Source: Pseudomonadota bacterium (GTDB lineage: Bacteria; Pseudomonadota; Gammaproteobacteria; HTCC5015). From it: a stretch of DNA of 24,000 bases. Below the pieces are notes generated by a model. It did not search any database and had not been told where the DNA came from. It saw only the letters and a program-made list of their open reading frames with translations. The position numbers and the translations under genes are program-made. How positions within the stretch are numbered: the stretch's first letter is position 1; each line of letters begins with the position of its first letter. Shown here in pieces: positions 1-7,914 of the stretch. The stretch spans positions 27,778-51,777 of the forward strand of contig JBNJGD010000009.1 of the NCBI GenBank assembly GCA_051747425.1, read 5' to 3'.

Positions 1-1
1 G

Positions 2-919
2 GACGATGTGAACAACGAGGGTGAAAAGCTCTCCGACCACCCGCCGGTTCAGGGCGATTTCAACATCGCCACCGAAGCGGGCTACGACCTCGGCGACACC
101 ATCGGCGGCCCCCACGGCCAGTCGTTCAACAATGTCGCCACCATGCCCCAGAATCCCTCGGTGGCCAAAGTCACACTGAGAGCCGGCAGCCGGGTCGACC
201 AGGTTGGTCTCGAGTACCGCAATGGTTACATCAGCCAGCACGGTGGCAATGGCGGCAGCCTGCAGTCGTTAACCCTGGGCAGTGGCGAGTACATCGACAG
301 CGCCACTTTCTGCGCGGGCAAGAAGGACGGTCGGACGCGGATTTTCTACGCCGCCTTTGAAACCAACCTCGACCGCAGCATCAGCGGTGGCTCCACCACT
401 GGCAACTGCATGACCCACAACAGCGCACCGGGCCAGCAAATTGCCGGCCTGCACGGTCGCTCGGGCGGCGAGGTGGACAAACTGGGCGTGATCGAAACGC
501 CGGTCAACACCCAGGGGCAACCAGCCCAGTATGTGAGCCTGAAAAACCAGGCGTCCAATCTGTGCATGGACATCAACCAGGCCAACATGGCCAACGGCAC
601 CAATGTCCTCCAGTGGAACTGCACCGGTTCCGCCTGGCAACAGTGGAGCTACGACGACCACACCGGACTGGTTCGCAGCCAACACGACCCGCGATACTGC
701 CTGGACAACGGCGGCCAGTTCGGTAACGGCGCCAACCTGATGATCTGGGAGTGCAACGGCAGTGCCAACCAGCAGTTCACGCTGCAACAGGACGGACGCC
801 TGCACATGAGAACCCTGGAGAGCCAGGTAGTCGACGGCTACGGCGCCAACCCCGGTGACAATGTCGGCACCTGGGGCGACTGGGGCGGCCAGAATCAACG
901 CTGGACACCTCTGCCGTAA
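2..919 (+). CDS. C-terminal part of a secreted multidomain protein: endonuclease/exonuclease/phosphatase-like terminus, jacalin-like lectin domain, ricin B-type lectin domain (5' end outside window)
   Basis: The frame is open to the window start (D-D-V-N-N-E-G-E-K-L-SDHPPV; SDH..V is typical of the end of DNase I-like/sphingomyelinase domains). Then GGPHGQSFNN...HGGNGGSLQSLTLGSGEYI...IAGLHGRSGGEVDKLG (jacalin-like) and three QxW-like repeats (QQW, QQF, QRW) with CMD/CLD motifs (ricin B). TAA at 917-919. Confidence 0.75.
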   Translation, partial: DDVNNEGEKLSDHPPVQGDFNIATEAGYDLGDTIGGPHGQSFNNVATMPQNPSVAKVTLRAGSRVDQVGLEYRNGYISQHGGNGGSLQSLTLGSGEYIDSATFCAGKKDGRTRIFYAAFETNLDRSISGGSTTGNCMTHNSAPGQQIAGLHGRSGGEVDKLGVIETPVNTQGQPAQYVSLKNQASNLCMDINQANMANGTNVLQWNCTGSAWQQWSYDDHTGLVRSQHDPRYCLDNGGQFGNGANLMIWECNGSANQQFTLQQDGRLHMRTLESQVVDGYGANPGDNVGTWGDWGGQNQRWTPLP

Positions 920-926
920 TCCGGCA

Positions 927-960
927 AGCCGGGCCCTTTCTCCGGGCCCGGCTCTTTTCT
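927..960 (+). terminator. Rho-independent terminator
   Basis: AGCCGGGCCC-TTTCTCC-GGGCCCGGCT is a perfect 10-bp stem followed by CTTTTCTC, just after the CDS stop. Confidence 0.85.
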
Positions 961-965
961 CACCC

Positions 966-2213
966 TCACGACACTTCGGGAAGATCGCACCAGCGCGTGG
1001 TATAGCGCGGCGAGCGGTATTGCTGATTCATGCGCCAATCGCTGCCCACCGAGCTCGAAGCCAAATACAGTGCCCCCTGCCCCATTTTCCCGTTAACCGC
1101 ATCCATGACCCGGCCGCAGTCGGGGCGCCCGCTGTCGTCGACCCACAGCTCTCCCTGCAAGGCGCGCTCGGGCAATAAACCCTGCAAGATCACTCCCGCC
1201 TTTTTGTAGCGCTCGCCCGGTCGATACAGTCCCGCCAGTCCCCGCCGCGCCGCCCGGGCCAAAACCACAGGGTCACTGGATGGCTCGGACAGCACCATTT
1301 CAAGCTGACCGCCCGAGATGGCACCCCCCTCGGCAAAACGGTCTCCCCGGACAAAGACACCTACGCGCTGACATAATGAATGCTGGCTACGCAGCTTTTC
1401 CCCCGCCCGGCTGGCAAAGCTGACCAGTGCCGCCCGCAACTGGGCCTCGTCGCTGACACAGCGGCCAAAGGAGCGCGACACCAGTATCTGCTGGCGCGGA
1501 GCGGCGGCCAGATCCAGTGCCCGACAAGGCTCGCCACGCAATTCCCGCACGGTGGTCTCCAGGTTCACCGAGTACAGTTGCCGCGCCCGGGCCGGCGGGC
1601 ACTGGCGCAACTGCCACACCGTGGCAATCCCCGCGCGCTCCAGCCGTCTGGCCAGGCGCCGGCCCACGCCCCACACCTCGGTCACCGGCAGGGACTCCAG
1701 GCGCTGTCGCTCGCTGCCCAACAGGCGCCACACACCCCCACTGAGAGGATGCTGCTTGGCCACCTGGTTGGCCAGCTTGGCCAGAGTCTTGCTCGGCGCC
1801 ACGCCAATCGATACCGGAATGCCGGTGCAACGGGCAATCAGCTGACGCAAATGGCGACAATAGGCCGCCATCTCCTGTGGCGGCACCGGCGAGAGGTCGA
1901 TAAAGGCCTCATCGATGGAATACACCTCCACGGCCGGACACTGTTCCTCCAGAATCCCCATCACCCGGGCCGACAGATCGCCATAGAGCGCGAAGTTGGC
2001 GGAAAAAACGGCGGCGCCCGCCGCCTCCAGACGGGAGCGCCACTGGAACCAGGGCGCCCCCATGGGCACGCCCAACGCCTTGATCTCGGGGGAGCGGGCG
2101 ATGATGCAACCGTCGTTGTTGGAGAGCACAGCCACTGGCACCGCTGCCAGGTCGGGGCGAAAGACCCGCTCGCAGGAGGCATAAAAATTGTTGCAGTCGA
2201 CCAGACCCAGCAC
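966..2213 (-). CDS. umuC: DNA polymerase V catalytic subunit UmuC (Y-family)
   Basis: LVDCNNFYASCERVFRPDL, SNNDGCIIARS, YSIDEAFIDLS, GIGVAPSKTLAKLAN(Q)VAK-like motifs. Lies immediately downstream of umuD. GTG start. Confidence 0.95.
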   Translation of the reverse strand: MLGLVDCNNFYASCERVFRPDLAAVPVAVLSNNDGCIIARSPEIKALGVPMGAPWFQWRSRLEAAGAAVFSANFALYGDLSARVMGILEEQCPAVEVYSIDEAFIDLSPVPPQEMAAYCRHLRQLIARCTGIPVSIGVAPSKTLAKLANQVAKQHPLSGGVWRLLGSERQRLESLPVTEVWGVGRRLARRLERAGIATVWQLRQCPPARARQLYSVNLETTVRELRGEPCRALDLAAAPRQQILVSRSFGRCVSDEAQLRAALVSFASRAGEKLRSQHSLCQRVGVFVRGDRFAEGGAISGGQLEMVLSEPSSDPVVLARAARRGLAGLYRPGERYKKAGVILQGLLPERALQGELWVDDSGRPDCGRVMDAVNGKMGQGALYLASSSVGSDWRMNQQYRSPRYTTRWCDLPEVS

Positions 2214-2215
2214 GA

Positions 2216-2653
2216 TCAGCGCTGGAACGACTTGATGCAGCTGGTGACGACACCCCAGACCATCAGTTCATTGCCATCGGCCAGGAGAATGTCGGCGTAA
2301 TCCGGGTTATCCGCCACCAGCTTGACCTGTCCGTCCCGGCGGTGGAGCCGCTTGACGGTCAATTCACCATCGACGGCGGCAATCACAATGTCGTCGTGGC
2401 GGGGTTCCAGTGAGCGATCCACTACCAACAGATCGCCGTGGTCGAGACCGGCGCCGATCATCGATTCACCGCGCACACGCACAATGAAGGTGGCGGCGGG
2501 GCGCCGGATCAGGTGCTGATTGAGATCGAGGGCGCCCTCGACAAAATCCTCGGCTGGCGAGGGAAAGCCGGCCTGCACCGAATCCGTCACCAGCGGCGCG
2601 GCCGCCGCATGACTCAACGAAATCGTACTGAATATGCTATCGAGTGACGCCAT
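2216..2653 (-). CDS. umuD: Translesion polymerase V autoproteolytic subunit UmuD
   Basis: LVTDSVQAGFPSPAEDFVEGALDLNQHLIRRPAATFIVRVRGESMIGAGLDHGDLLVVD...AAVDGELTVKRL: S24 peptidase with Ser (GESM) and Lys (TVKRL). The track start at 2824 is too far upstream; ATG at 2653 (or 2656) matches UmuD length. Confidence 0.93.
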   Translation of the reverse strand: MASLDSIFSTISLSHAAAAPLVTDSVQAGFPSPAEDFVEGALDLNQHLIRRPAATFIVRVRGESMIGAGLDHGDLLVVDRSLEPRHDDIVIAAVDGELTVKRLHRRDGQVKLVADNPDYADILLADGNELMVWGVVTSCIKSFQR

Positions 2654-2669
2654 CATTGCCCAAAAAAGA

Positions 2670-2684
2670 GAACTTATAGAGAAC
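2670..2684 (-). promoter_or_regulatory. Putative LexA-like operator GTTC-N7-GTTC upstream of umuD
   Basis: Plus strand GAAC-TTATAGA-GAAC (part of the direct repeat AGAGAACTT-AT-AGAGAACTT), ending about 14-17 bp upstream of the umuD start codons. Confidence 0.4.
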
Positions 2685-2735
2685 TTTATCTTACCCAAGC
2701 CGGGAGTCCCGGACAAGCAGGCGATGGCAAAAAAG

Positions 2736-4271
2736 TCAGGCTGGTCGCTTCTGAATCCACTCTTCCAGGGCTTCGAAAGCCATGGGGTGGGCAATGCCAT
2801 AGCCTTGGGCCAAGTCGCAGCCATAATCCCTCAATGCCTTAATGGACGCGTCGTCCTCGGCACCTTCGGCGACCACTTTCAAGCCCATGCTTTTACCCAG
2901 CTGTATCGTCGATTGCACGATGGCCTGATCGGTGCGATCGGTGGTCACATCGCGGACAAAATCGCGGTCGATCTTGATTTCGCACAGATCCAGTTTTTTC
3001 AGATAGCTGAGCGAGGAATAGCCCGTGCCATAGTCGTCCAGAGAGACCCGGACGCCCAAGGTCTGCAGTGCCGTAAGAGCCTCTCGGGATTCGGCACTCT
3101 CCTCCATGAACAAGTTCTCGGTAATCTCCACCACCAGGCGCTCGGCGGGCACATTGTGCCGCTTCAGCGCCTCCCCGATAAACCGCACCTGGTCGGGGTG
3201 AATATCCTTTGGCGAGAGGTTGATCGACAGCTTGAGCGGCTGGCCGCGCTGCGCAAGGGCGGCATTTTCAACCAGAGCCGTGTCCACCACCCAGCGGGTG
3301 ATACTGCCAATCATATCGGCCTCTTCGGCCAGGGGAATAAAGTGATCCGGCGGCACCAACCCCTTCTCGGGATGCACCCAGCGCAACAGGGCTTCAACGC
3401 CCTTCACCTGGCCACTGTGCAAGTCGATCTGGGGCTGGTAGGCCAGCGAAAACTCGTTGCCGTGAATGGCCTGCTGAATGCTGTGTACCAGGTTGTGCGG
3501 ATCGAGCCCGCGTATGCGAAAAAAGCGCTCCAGTTCATCGTAACCAAAACGCAGCGTGACAAAGGCAAACAAAGCCACCAGAACGGCAAAGTAGAGGTGA
3601 ACCGAGATCATCAAGGGCTCATTGAAGACCGGCACACGCCAGAAAATCAGCCCGGCAAAGGCGATCGCCGCCAGGGAGCAGGCGACAAACATCCACCCCA
3701 TCAACCGGCCCAGCATGGTCTTGCCGAGCCCGAAAAGACAGAAAACGGTGCCGGAAATCGAGTGAGGCACACACAGAAGCATAATCAGCAATGTGGAAAG
3801 CCAGGGACTGGGCGTCACCGCCAAAACCAGCACGCAGGCGAGATCCAGGCCGTACAGGAAATAAATGTACCAGTTCCAGCGAATGGTCATGGCGTAGGCG
3901 TCATAGGACTGCAGCAGCGTGGACTTGACCAGAATATAGGTCGTAACAGCCAGGCCCACGGGCACCATCAGCTTGGCGATAAAGAACAGAGGCTGGGGCA
4001 TCAAGCCAACAGTCGCGGCGCCGTGAAACTGCTGGAAAAATACATTGAAAAAACCGAAGGCGGCGTAGGCCAGTGCCGCGAGCAACAGTGCCACACCCAT
4101 TTTCCGGTTTTCACGGCGGCCAAAAAAGGACAGTGCATAGGACAACACAATGACCACAATGGCAATGTACATGCCGTTGACGATTCCGTAGAGATGCTGG
4201 TAGAGCGCATCGGAGACGGGCATGGGCGGGTTTTCCTTCAGTAGCTGGCAGTAGTGCCCGACTTCGGGCAA
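2736..4271 (-). CDS. Membrane-anchored EAL-domain cyclic-di-GMP phosphodiesterase (no GGDEF domain)
   Basis: Multiple hydrophobic N-terminal TM segments, then VEALLRWVHPEKG, LVVEITE, DDYGTGYSSLSYLKKL, IKIDRDFV, VVAEGAED. Alternative start at 4223. Confidence 0.9.
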   Translation of the reverse strand: MPEVGHYCQLLKENPPMPVSDALYQHLYGIVNGMYIAIVVIVLSYALSFFGRRENRKMGVALLLAALAYAAFGFFNVFFQQFHGAATVGLMPQPLFFIAKLMVPVGLAVTTYILVKSTLLQSYDAYAMTIRWNWYIYFLYGLDLACVLVLAVTPSPWLSTLLIMLLCVPHSISGTVFCLFGLGKTMLGRLMGWMFVACSLAAIAFAGLIFWRVPVFNEPLMISVHLYFAVLVALFAFVTLRFGYDELERFFRIRGLDPHNLVHSIQQAIHGNEFSLAYQPQIDLHSGQVKGVEALLRWVHPEKGLVPPDHFIPLAEEADMIGSITRWVVDTALVENAALAQRGQPLKLSINLSPKDIHPDQVRFIGEALKRHNVPAERLVVEITENLFMEESAESREALTALQTLGVRVSLDDYGTGYSSLSYLKKLDLCEIKIDRDFVRDVTTDRTDQAIVQSTIQLGKSMGLKVVAEGAEDDASIKALRDYGCDLAQGYGIAHPMAFEALEEWIQKRPA

Positions 4272-4369
4272 CGCCTTTTATAATGGAAGCCTTCGGGCCT
4301 CTCTGGTGACGCTTTAAACACAGAATAAGCGCTGCACCGTGGCGGGGCAACCACCAAAGACACGCGCAC

Positions 4370-4394
4370 AAAAAAGGCGGACCAGAGGCCCGCC
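4370..4394 (-). terminator. Rho-independent terminator
   Basis: Minus strand GGCGGGCC-TCT-GGTCCGCC (8-bp stem, one G-T) followed by TTTTTT, just after the 4416..4802 gene. Confidence 0.75.
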
Positions 4395-4415
4395 CTTTCA
4401 CCATCTGTGCCGCCT

Positions 4416-4802
4416 TTACTGGTTGGACGGATGGTTTTCCGCCAGTTCCTGATACTCGCGACACTCTTCCGTCTGGAGTTGCTGCCCATCACCCTGGGTC
4501 ATCTGGGCGCAGCTCAGGCTGTTCAGACTGCGCAGACACTCGGCGCCGGCATCGGCAATATCCCGATACTCGGCCTGCTTGGCCTCGGTAAACTTCTCCT
4601 CCATGGCCGAGCACATGCCCTCCATGCTTTTCATTACCATATCGCGCATGGCCTCGGGGATTTCATCCGTATTCTGGCCCATTTGCTCCATGGTGCACTC
4701 TTTCACCTTGGTGCAATACTTGTTCCACTCGCTCTGAAAAGCGCTGGCCTGGGCCAGGTGGGGCAACATCAGTGCCGCTGCAATGATCATCAGTTTCTTC
4801 AT
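4416..4802 (-). CDS. Small exported cysteine-rich protein of unknown function
   Basis: Signal peptide MKKLMIIAAALMLPHLAQASA, six Cys in the mature part, own terminator downstream. Confidence 0.7.
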   Translation of the reverse strand: MKKLMIIAAALMLPHLAQASAFQSEWNKYCTKVKECTMEQMGQNTDEIPEAMRDMVMKSMEGMCSAMEEKFTEAKQAEYRDIADAGAECLRSLNSLSCAQMTQGDGQQLQTEECREYQELAENHPSNQ

Positions 4803-4873
4803 GGCAAATCCTTGTGTTTTGTTGAGTCGACCCCGACAGCCTAATTCAGCACGGCCAATCCGGCAATGGTGGT

Positions 4874-5188
4874 TTATTTGTCGTCGTCCAGGTGCTTGAC
4901 ACTGTCATAGCCGCCGCGATTGATGACATTGATGTAACCCATTTTCTCCAGCGACTCTTTGGCCTTGCCGGCGCGGCGTCCGCTCGCGCAGTAGAGATTG
5001 ATTTGAGCCGTGCGGTCGGCTGTGACCTCTTCGATTTCCTCATCAATTTCATCGTGGGGGATATTAATGGCCTGATCCAGGTGACCTTCGCTGTACTCCT
5101 CGGCGGAGCGCACATCAATCCAGAGCGGCTCGGCCAGCGCCATTGTCGTAAACAGGGAAAGCGTCAAAAACAGGGCGACTCTTTTCAT
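4874..5188 (-). CDS. Periplasmic single-domain rhodanese-like sulfurtransferase (PspE-like)
   Basis: Signal peptide MKRVALFLTLSLFTTMALA; WIDVRSAEEYSEGHLDQAINIPHDEI; active-site loop CASGRRAGKA; GYINVINRGGY. Start set to ATG 5188 rather than 5206. Confidence 0.88.
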   Translation of the reverse strand: MKRVALFLTLSLFTTMALAEPLWIDVRSAEEYSEGHLDQAINIPHDEIDEEIEEVTADRTAQINLYCASGRRAGKAKESLEKMGYINVINRGGYDSVKHLDDDK

Positions 5189-5284
5189 TTCAAACTCCGC
5201 TGCCAATCTTTAAAAGACAGACAGTGTATGACATTTTCCCGCTCCATTGAATTCGCAGTGCCGGCCCGCCGATTTCCTGGAATG

Positions 5285-5311
5285 TGTAAGAAAACTCTTT
5301 TCCGGGAGACT
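5285..5311 (+). promoter_or_regulatory. Putative ECF-type promoter, TGTAAGA-N16-GACT, upstream of doxX
   Basis: TGTAAGA (5285-5291), 16 nt, GACT (5308-5311). Exact same motif and spacing as at 12860-12886(-) and 13790-13816(-); the ATG lies 36 nt downstream of the -10 element. Confidence 0.65.
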
Positions 5312-5347
5312 AATCGGGTGTCAGCCACTCACAAAGGAACTTACAGC

Positions 5348-5956
5348 ATGATATTGATAGACCGCGTCTCCCAACTCTACTCGTCCGCTCTCCAACAAGC
5401 ACAGCGAGCCGACTTTCTGGCCCCTGTCGCGCTGCGACTGTTTCTCGCCCCCATTTTCATTCTCGCCGGCTGGAACAAGCTGACCGGGCTCGAGGGCACC
5501 GCCTACTACTTTGGCGAAATGCTGGGCATGCCGGCCCCCATGTTCATGGCGGTGATGGCCGGATCGACCGAATTGATTGGCGGTATCAGTCTGCTGATCG
5601 GCCTTGGCATGCGCCTGATGACGCTGCCCCTGATGATGACGATGCTGGTGGCTGCGGTGACAGCTCACTGGGAAAACGGCTGGCATGTACTGCCCGAATC
5701 GACGCTGACCATGCCCTGGGAGTGGCGACCGGACCTGATCGAACAGGCCAATGAGAAAAAGGAAATGGCCAAAAGCATCTTGCGCGAGCACGGCAATTAC
5801 AGCTGGCTCACTGAAGCCGGGGCGATCACCGTATTGAAAAACGGCGTGGAATTTGCCGCTACCTACTTCGCCATGCTTCTGGCACTGTTCTTCATGGGCC
5901 CCGGTCGCTATATCAGCCTGGATTACTGGCTGAAGCGCAGCCTCGACAAGGACTGA
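5348..5956 (+). CDS. DoxX family membrane protein
   Basis: LAPVALRLFLAPIFILAGWNKLTG...AYYFGEMLGMP...GSTELIGGISLLIGLGMRLMTLPLM. True start ATG 5348 within the long track ORF 4892..5956; preceded by AAAGGA. Confidence 0.88.
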   Translation: MILIDRVSQLYSSALQQAQRADFLAPVALRLFLAPIFILAGWNKLTGLEGTAYYFGEMLGMPAPMFMAVMAGSTELIGGISLLIGLGMRLMTLPLMMTMLVAAVTAHWENGWHVLPESTLTMPWEWRPDLIEQANEKKEMAKSILREHGNYSWLTEAGAITVLKNGVEFAATYFAMLLALFFMGPGRYISLDYWLKRSLDKD

Positions 5957-5975
5957 TTCAAAACAGAAAGGAAGG

Positions 5976-6006
5976 AAGGCGGGCGTGTTTGCAGCACGCC
6001 CGCCTT
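5976..6006. terminator. Bidirectional Rho-independent terminator between convergent genes
   Basis: AAGGCGGGCGTG-TTTGCAG-CACGCCCGCCTT: perfect 12-bp stem. Confidence 0.85.
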
Positions 6007-6011
6007 TCACG

Positions 6012-6563
6012 CTAGCTGGAAGGTTCCCAGGCAAAGGGTTGGAAGGGCTCGTCCACCGGCGTATCGGCAATGTGGTTGATGTAGTTACTCATCACCTTCT
6101 GCGACAGCGCCAACACCACTTCCAGAGCCTGTCGCTTTTCATAGCCCGCCTCGAAAAAGGCTTTCAATTCGTCCTCCCCGTGCCCACGGTTTCTCACCAT
6201 GGCCAGGGTAAACCGGCGCAGGGCCTCGAGTTTTTCGTCTTTCAGGGGGCTCTCTTCGCGCAGGGCGTCATCGATGTCGGTGTCCACACCCATGGAGCGG
6301 GCAATACCACTGTGAGCCGGAACGCAGTAGTGACACGCGTGCTCGACATTGATGGTCTGCCAGACCACCGTCTTCTCCTCGTCACTGAGACTGGACTCCA
6401 GCACCAGCCCGTGCAATCGCTGGTAGGCCTCCAGCGTGCCCGGCGCTTCCGCCATGACCGCGTGGAGATTGGGAATCATGCCAAAATCCTTCAGCGATTG
6501 TTCCAGTAGCGGCTTCGATTTTTCCGGTGCCGATTCCACATCGTGCAGTTGAAATGCAGTCAT
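6012..6563 (-). CDS. AhpD-like / carboxymuconolactone decarboxylase family peroxidase-related protein
   Basis: EHACHYCVPAHSGIAR (CxxC...H motif), VLALSQKVMSNYINHIA. ATG at 6563 preceded by AGGAGG; the track start 6593 reads through the operator. Confidence 0.85.
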   Translation of the reverse strand: MTAFQLHDVESAPEKSKPLLEQSLKDFGMIPNLHAVMAEAPGTLEAYQRLHGLVLESSLSDEEKTVVWQTINVEHACHYCVPAHSGIARSMGVDTDIDDALREESPLKDEKLEALRRFTLAMVRNRGHGEDELKAFFEAGYEKRQALEVVLALSQKVMSNYINHIADTPVDEPFQPFAWEPSS

Positions 6564-6576
6564 GCATCCTCCTTTA

Positions 6577-6595
6577 TTTGAGTGATCGTTCAATT
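6577..6595. promoter_or_regulatory. Palindromic operator copy 1 (TTTGAGTGATCGTTCAATT)
   Basis: Near-perfect dyad centred on GATC, in the divergent AhpD-like/TetR intergenic region. Confidence 0.7.
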
Positions 6596-6609
6596 ACAGC
6601 CTAACGATA

Positions 6610-6629
6610 TTTGAGCGATCATTCAAATT
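6610..6629. promoter_or_regulatory. Palindromic operator copy 2 (TTTGAGCGATCATTCAAATT)
   Basis: Second copy of the same dyad; its centre is 33 bp from copy 1. Confidence 0.7.
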
Positions 6630-6670
6630 ATGCTGAAATGGGGTCATTGAAACATTGCACGGAACCCAAC

Positions 6671-7273
6671 ATGCCCAGAACTGCCCAGTACAATCGCGAT
6701 CAAGCCCTGTCCGCCGCCGTCAGCCTCTTCTGGCATAAGGGCTACCACGCCACTTCGCTCAAGGCGGTGGAGCACGCCCTGAACATGCGCCCGGGCAGCC
6801 TCTACAACGCCTTTGGCAACAAGGAATCGCTGTTTCTCGAGGCCCTGGAGCACTACACCCGCAATATGGCGGAAGACCTGGAGCGCCATATTGAACAAAA
6901 GGGAAAGGTGCTCGACGGTATCCACAGCTATCTGGCCTGGTTGTTACTGGACGAGGGCCGCGAACAGGCCGCCTCCCCGGCCTGCATGCTGGTCAAGACC
7001 CTGCTCGAATCCACAGATAACACCCCGGTACTGCGGGAAAAGTCAGTGGCCCTGCTGGGCGAGATGGAGCGGCGTCTCACTGACGCCCTGGAGCGCGCCG
7101 CAGAGGCCGGCGAACTGAAACCCTCCGTGGATTGCCAGCGCCTGGCCCGCCTTCTGCAAACCCAGATCATGGGCATACGGGCCTTTGCCCACACCGGTGC
7201 CGACCAGGCGGCGCTGAGGGCCCTGCTCGATGACATCGAGTCCCTGCTCTCCCCCTACCAACCCGCCCACTGA
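6671..7273 (+). CDS. TetR/AcrR family transcriptional regulator
   Basis: N-terminal HTH: ALSAAVSLFWHKGYHATSLKAVEHALNMRPGSLYNAFGNKESLFLEALEHY. ATG 6671. Confidence 0.92.
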   Translation: MPRTAQYNRDQALSAAVSLFWHKGYHATSLKAVEHALNMRPGSLYNAFGNKESLFLEALEHYTRNMAEDLERHIEQKGKVLDGIHSYLAWLLLDEGREQAASPACMLVKTLLESTDNTPVLREKSVALLGEMERRLTDALERAAEAGELKPSVDCQRLARLLQTQIMGIRAFAHTGADQAALRALLDDIESLLSPYQPAH

Positions 7274-7287
7274 ACAAGGAGAAGACA

Positions 7288-7686
7288 ATGACGCAACAAA
7301 AAAGACTGGAATGGTCGCTACTGACCCTGAGAATCGGTGTGTTTATCGTGATGCTGATGTGGACGCTGGACAAGTTCGTCAACCCGGATCACGCCGCCGC
7401 CGTTTTTGACAAGTTTTACGGGCTGAGCGGGTGGGGGCCCGAAATTCTATACACCCTGGCCGGACTGGAACTGGTACTGCTGGCCGCCTTTCTGGCCGGC
7501 TGGCAAAAGCGCATCACCTACGGGCTGGTACTGGCATTTCACGGCGTGTCCACACTGTCCTCGTTTCCCCAGTATCTGGACGCGTTCAACAACCTGCTGT
7601 TTTTTGCCGCCTGGCCCATGCTCGCCGCTTGCATTGCGCTCTACCTGCTGCGCGACAGCGACAAACTGATGATCATCGGCCGATAA
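7288..7686 (+). CDS. Small DoxX-like integral membrane protein
   Basis: 132 aa, four hydrophobic segments (LRIGVFIVMLMWTLDKFVNP..., ILYTLAGLELVLLAAFLAG..., etc). 14 nt downstream of tetR with GGAG-like RBS. Confidence 0.65.
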   Translation: MTQQKRLEWSLLTLRIGVFIVMLMWTLDKFVNPDHAAAVFDKFYGLSGWGPEILYTLAGLELVLLAAFLAGWQKRITYGLVLAFHGVSTLSSFPQYLDAFNNLLFFAAWPMLAACIALYLLRDSDKLMIIGR

Positions 7687-7689
7687 CTG

Positions 7690-7905
7690 CTACCGGCCCT
7701 CTTCCCTGTTCTGATCCGATGGGCTGTCCCCTTCGGGTCGGGCATAGGCCCGGGAGATGTGTCGCAGGCTTTTCACCTGTCGGGAGAACTGATTACAGGC
7801 TGAACACATCAGCAAATGCATGCGCAGTTGTCCTCGCTTGGCCAAAGTCAGCTTTTCATCCTGTGCCCGGGACATGAGTTGTGTGGCTTGGTGACAATTC
7901 AGCAT
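7690..7905 (-). CDS. Small zinc-finger anti-sigma factor-like protein (ZAS / zf-HC2 type)
   Basis: MLNCHQATQLMSRAQDEKLTLAKRGQLRMHLLMCSACNQF: HxxxCxxC-type motif, 71 aa, 9 nt downstream of an ECF sigma gene. Confidence 0.75.
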   Translation of the reverse strand: MLNCHQATQLMSRAQDEKLTLAKRGQLRMHLLMCSACNQFSRQVKSLRHISRAYARPEGDSPSDQNREEGR

Positions 7906-7914
7906 AAAGGCTCC

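Noticed and set aside
2620-2641. Possible canonical SOS box (TACTGAATATGCTATCGAGT) inside the start of umuD
   Set aside because: Only the left TACTG half-site matches; the right half lacks ACAG at the required spacing and it lies inside the coding region.
2634-4244. 536-aa plus-strand ORF opposite the EAL-domain gene
   Set aside because: It is antisense to a gene with clear catalytic motifs; its translation is a shadow of GC-rich codon usage without recognisable domains.
4824-4853. Possible fourth ECF-like site before the small Cys-rich gene (TGCTGAA-N16-GACTCAA)
   Set aside because: The -10 side resembles the arsS site, but the -35 side matches TGTAAGA at only three of seven positions, so it is not supportable.
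4932-4956. TGTAAC...GACT inside the rhodanese gene
   Set aside because: The spacing is only 13-14 nt, the -35 differs and it is intragenic.
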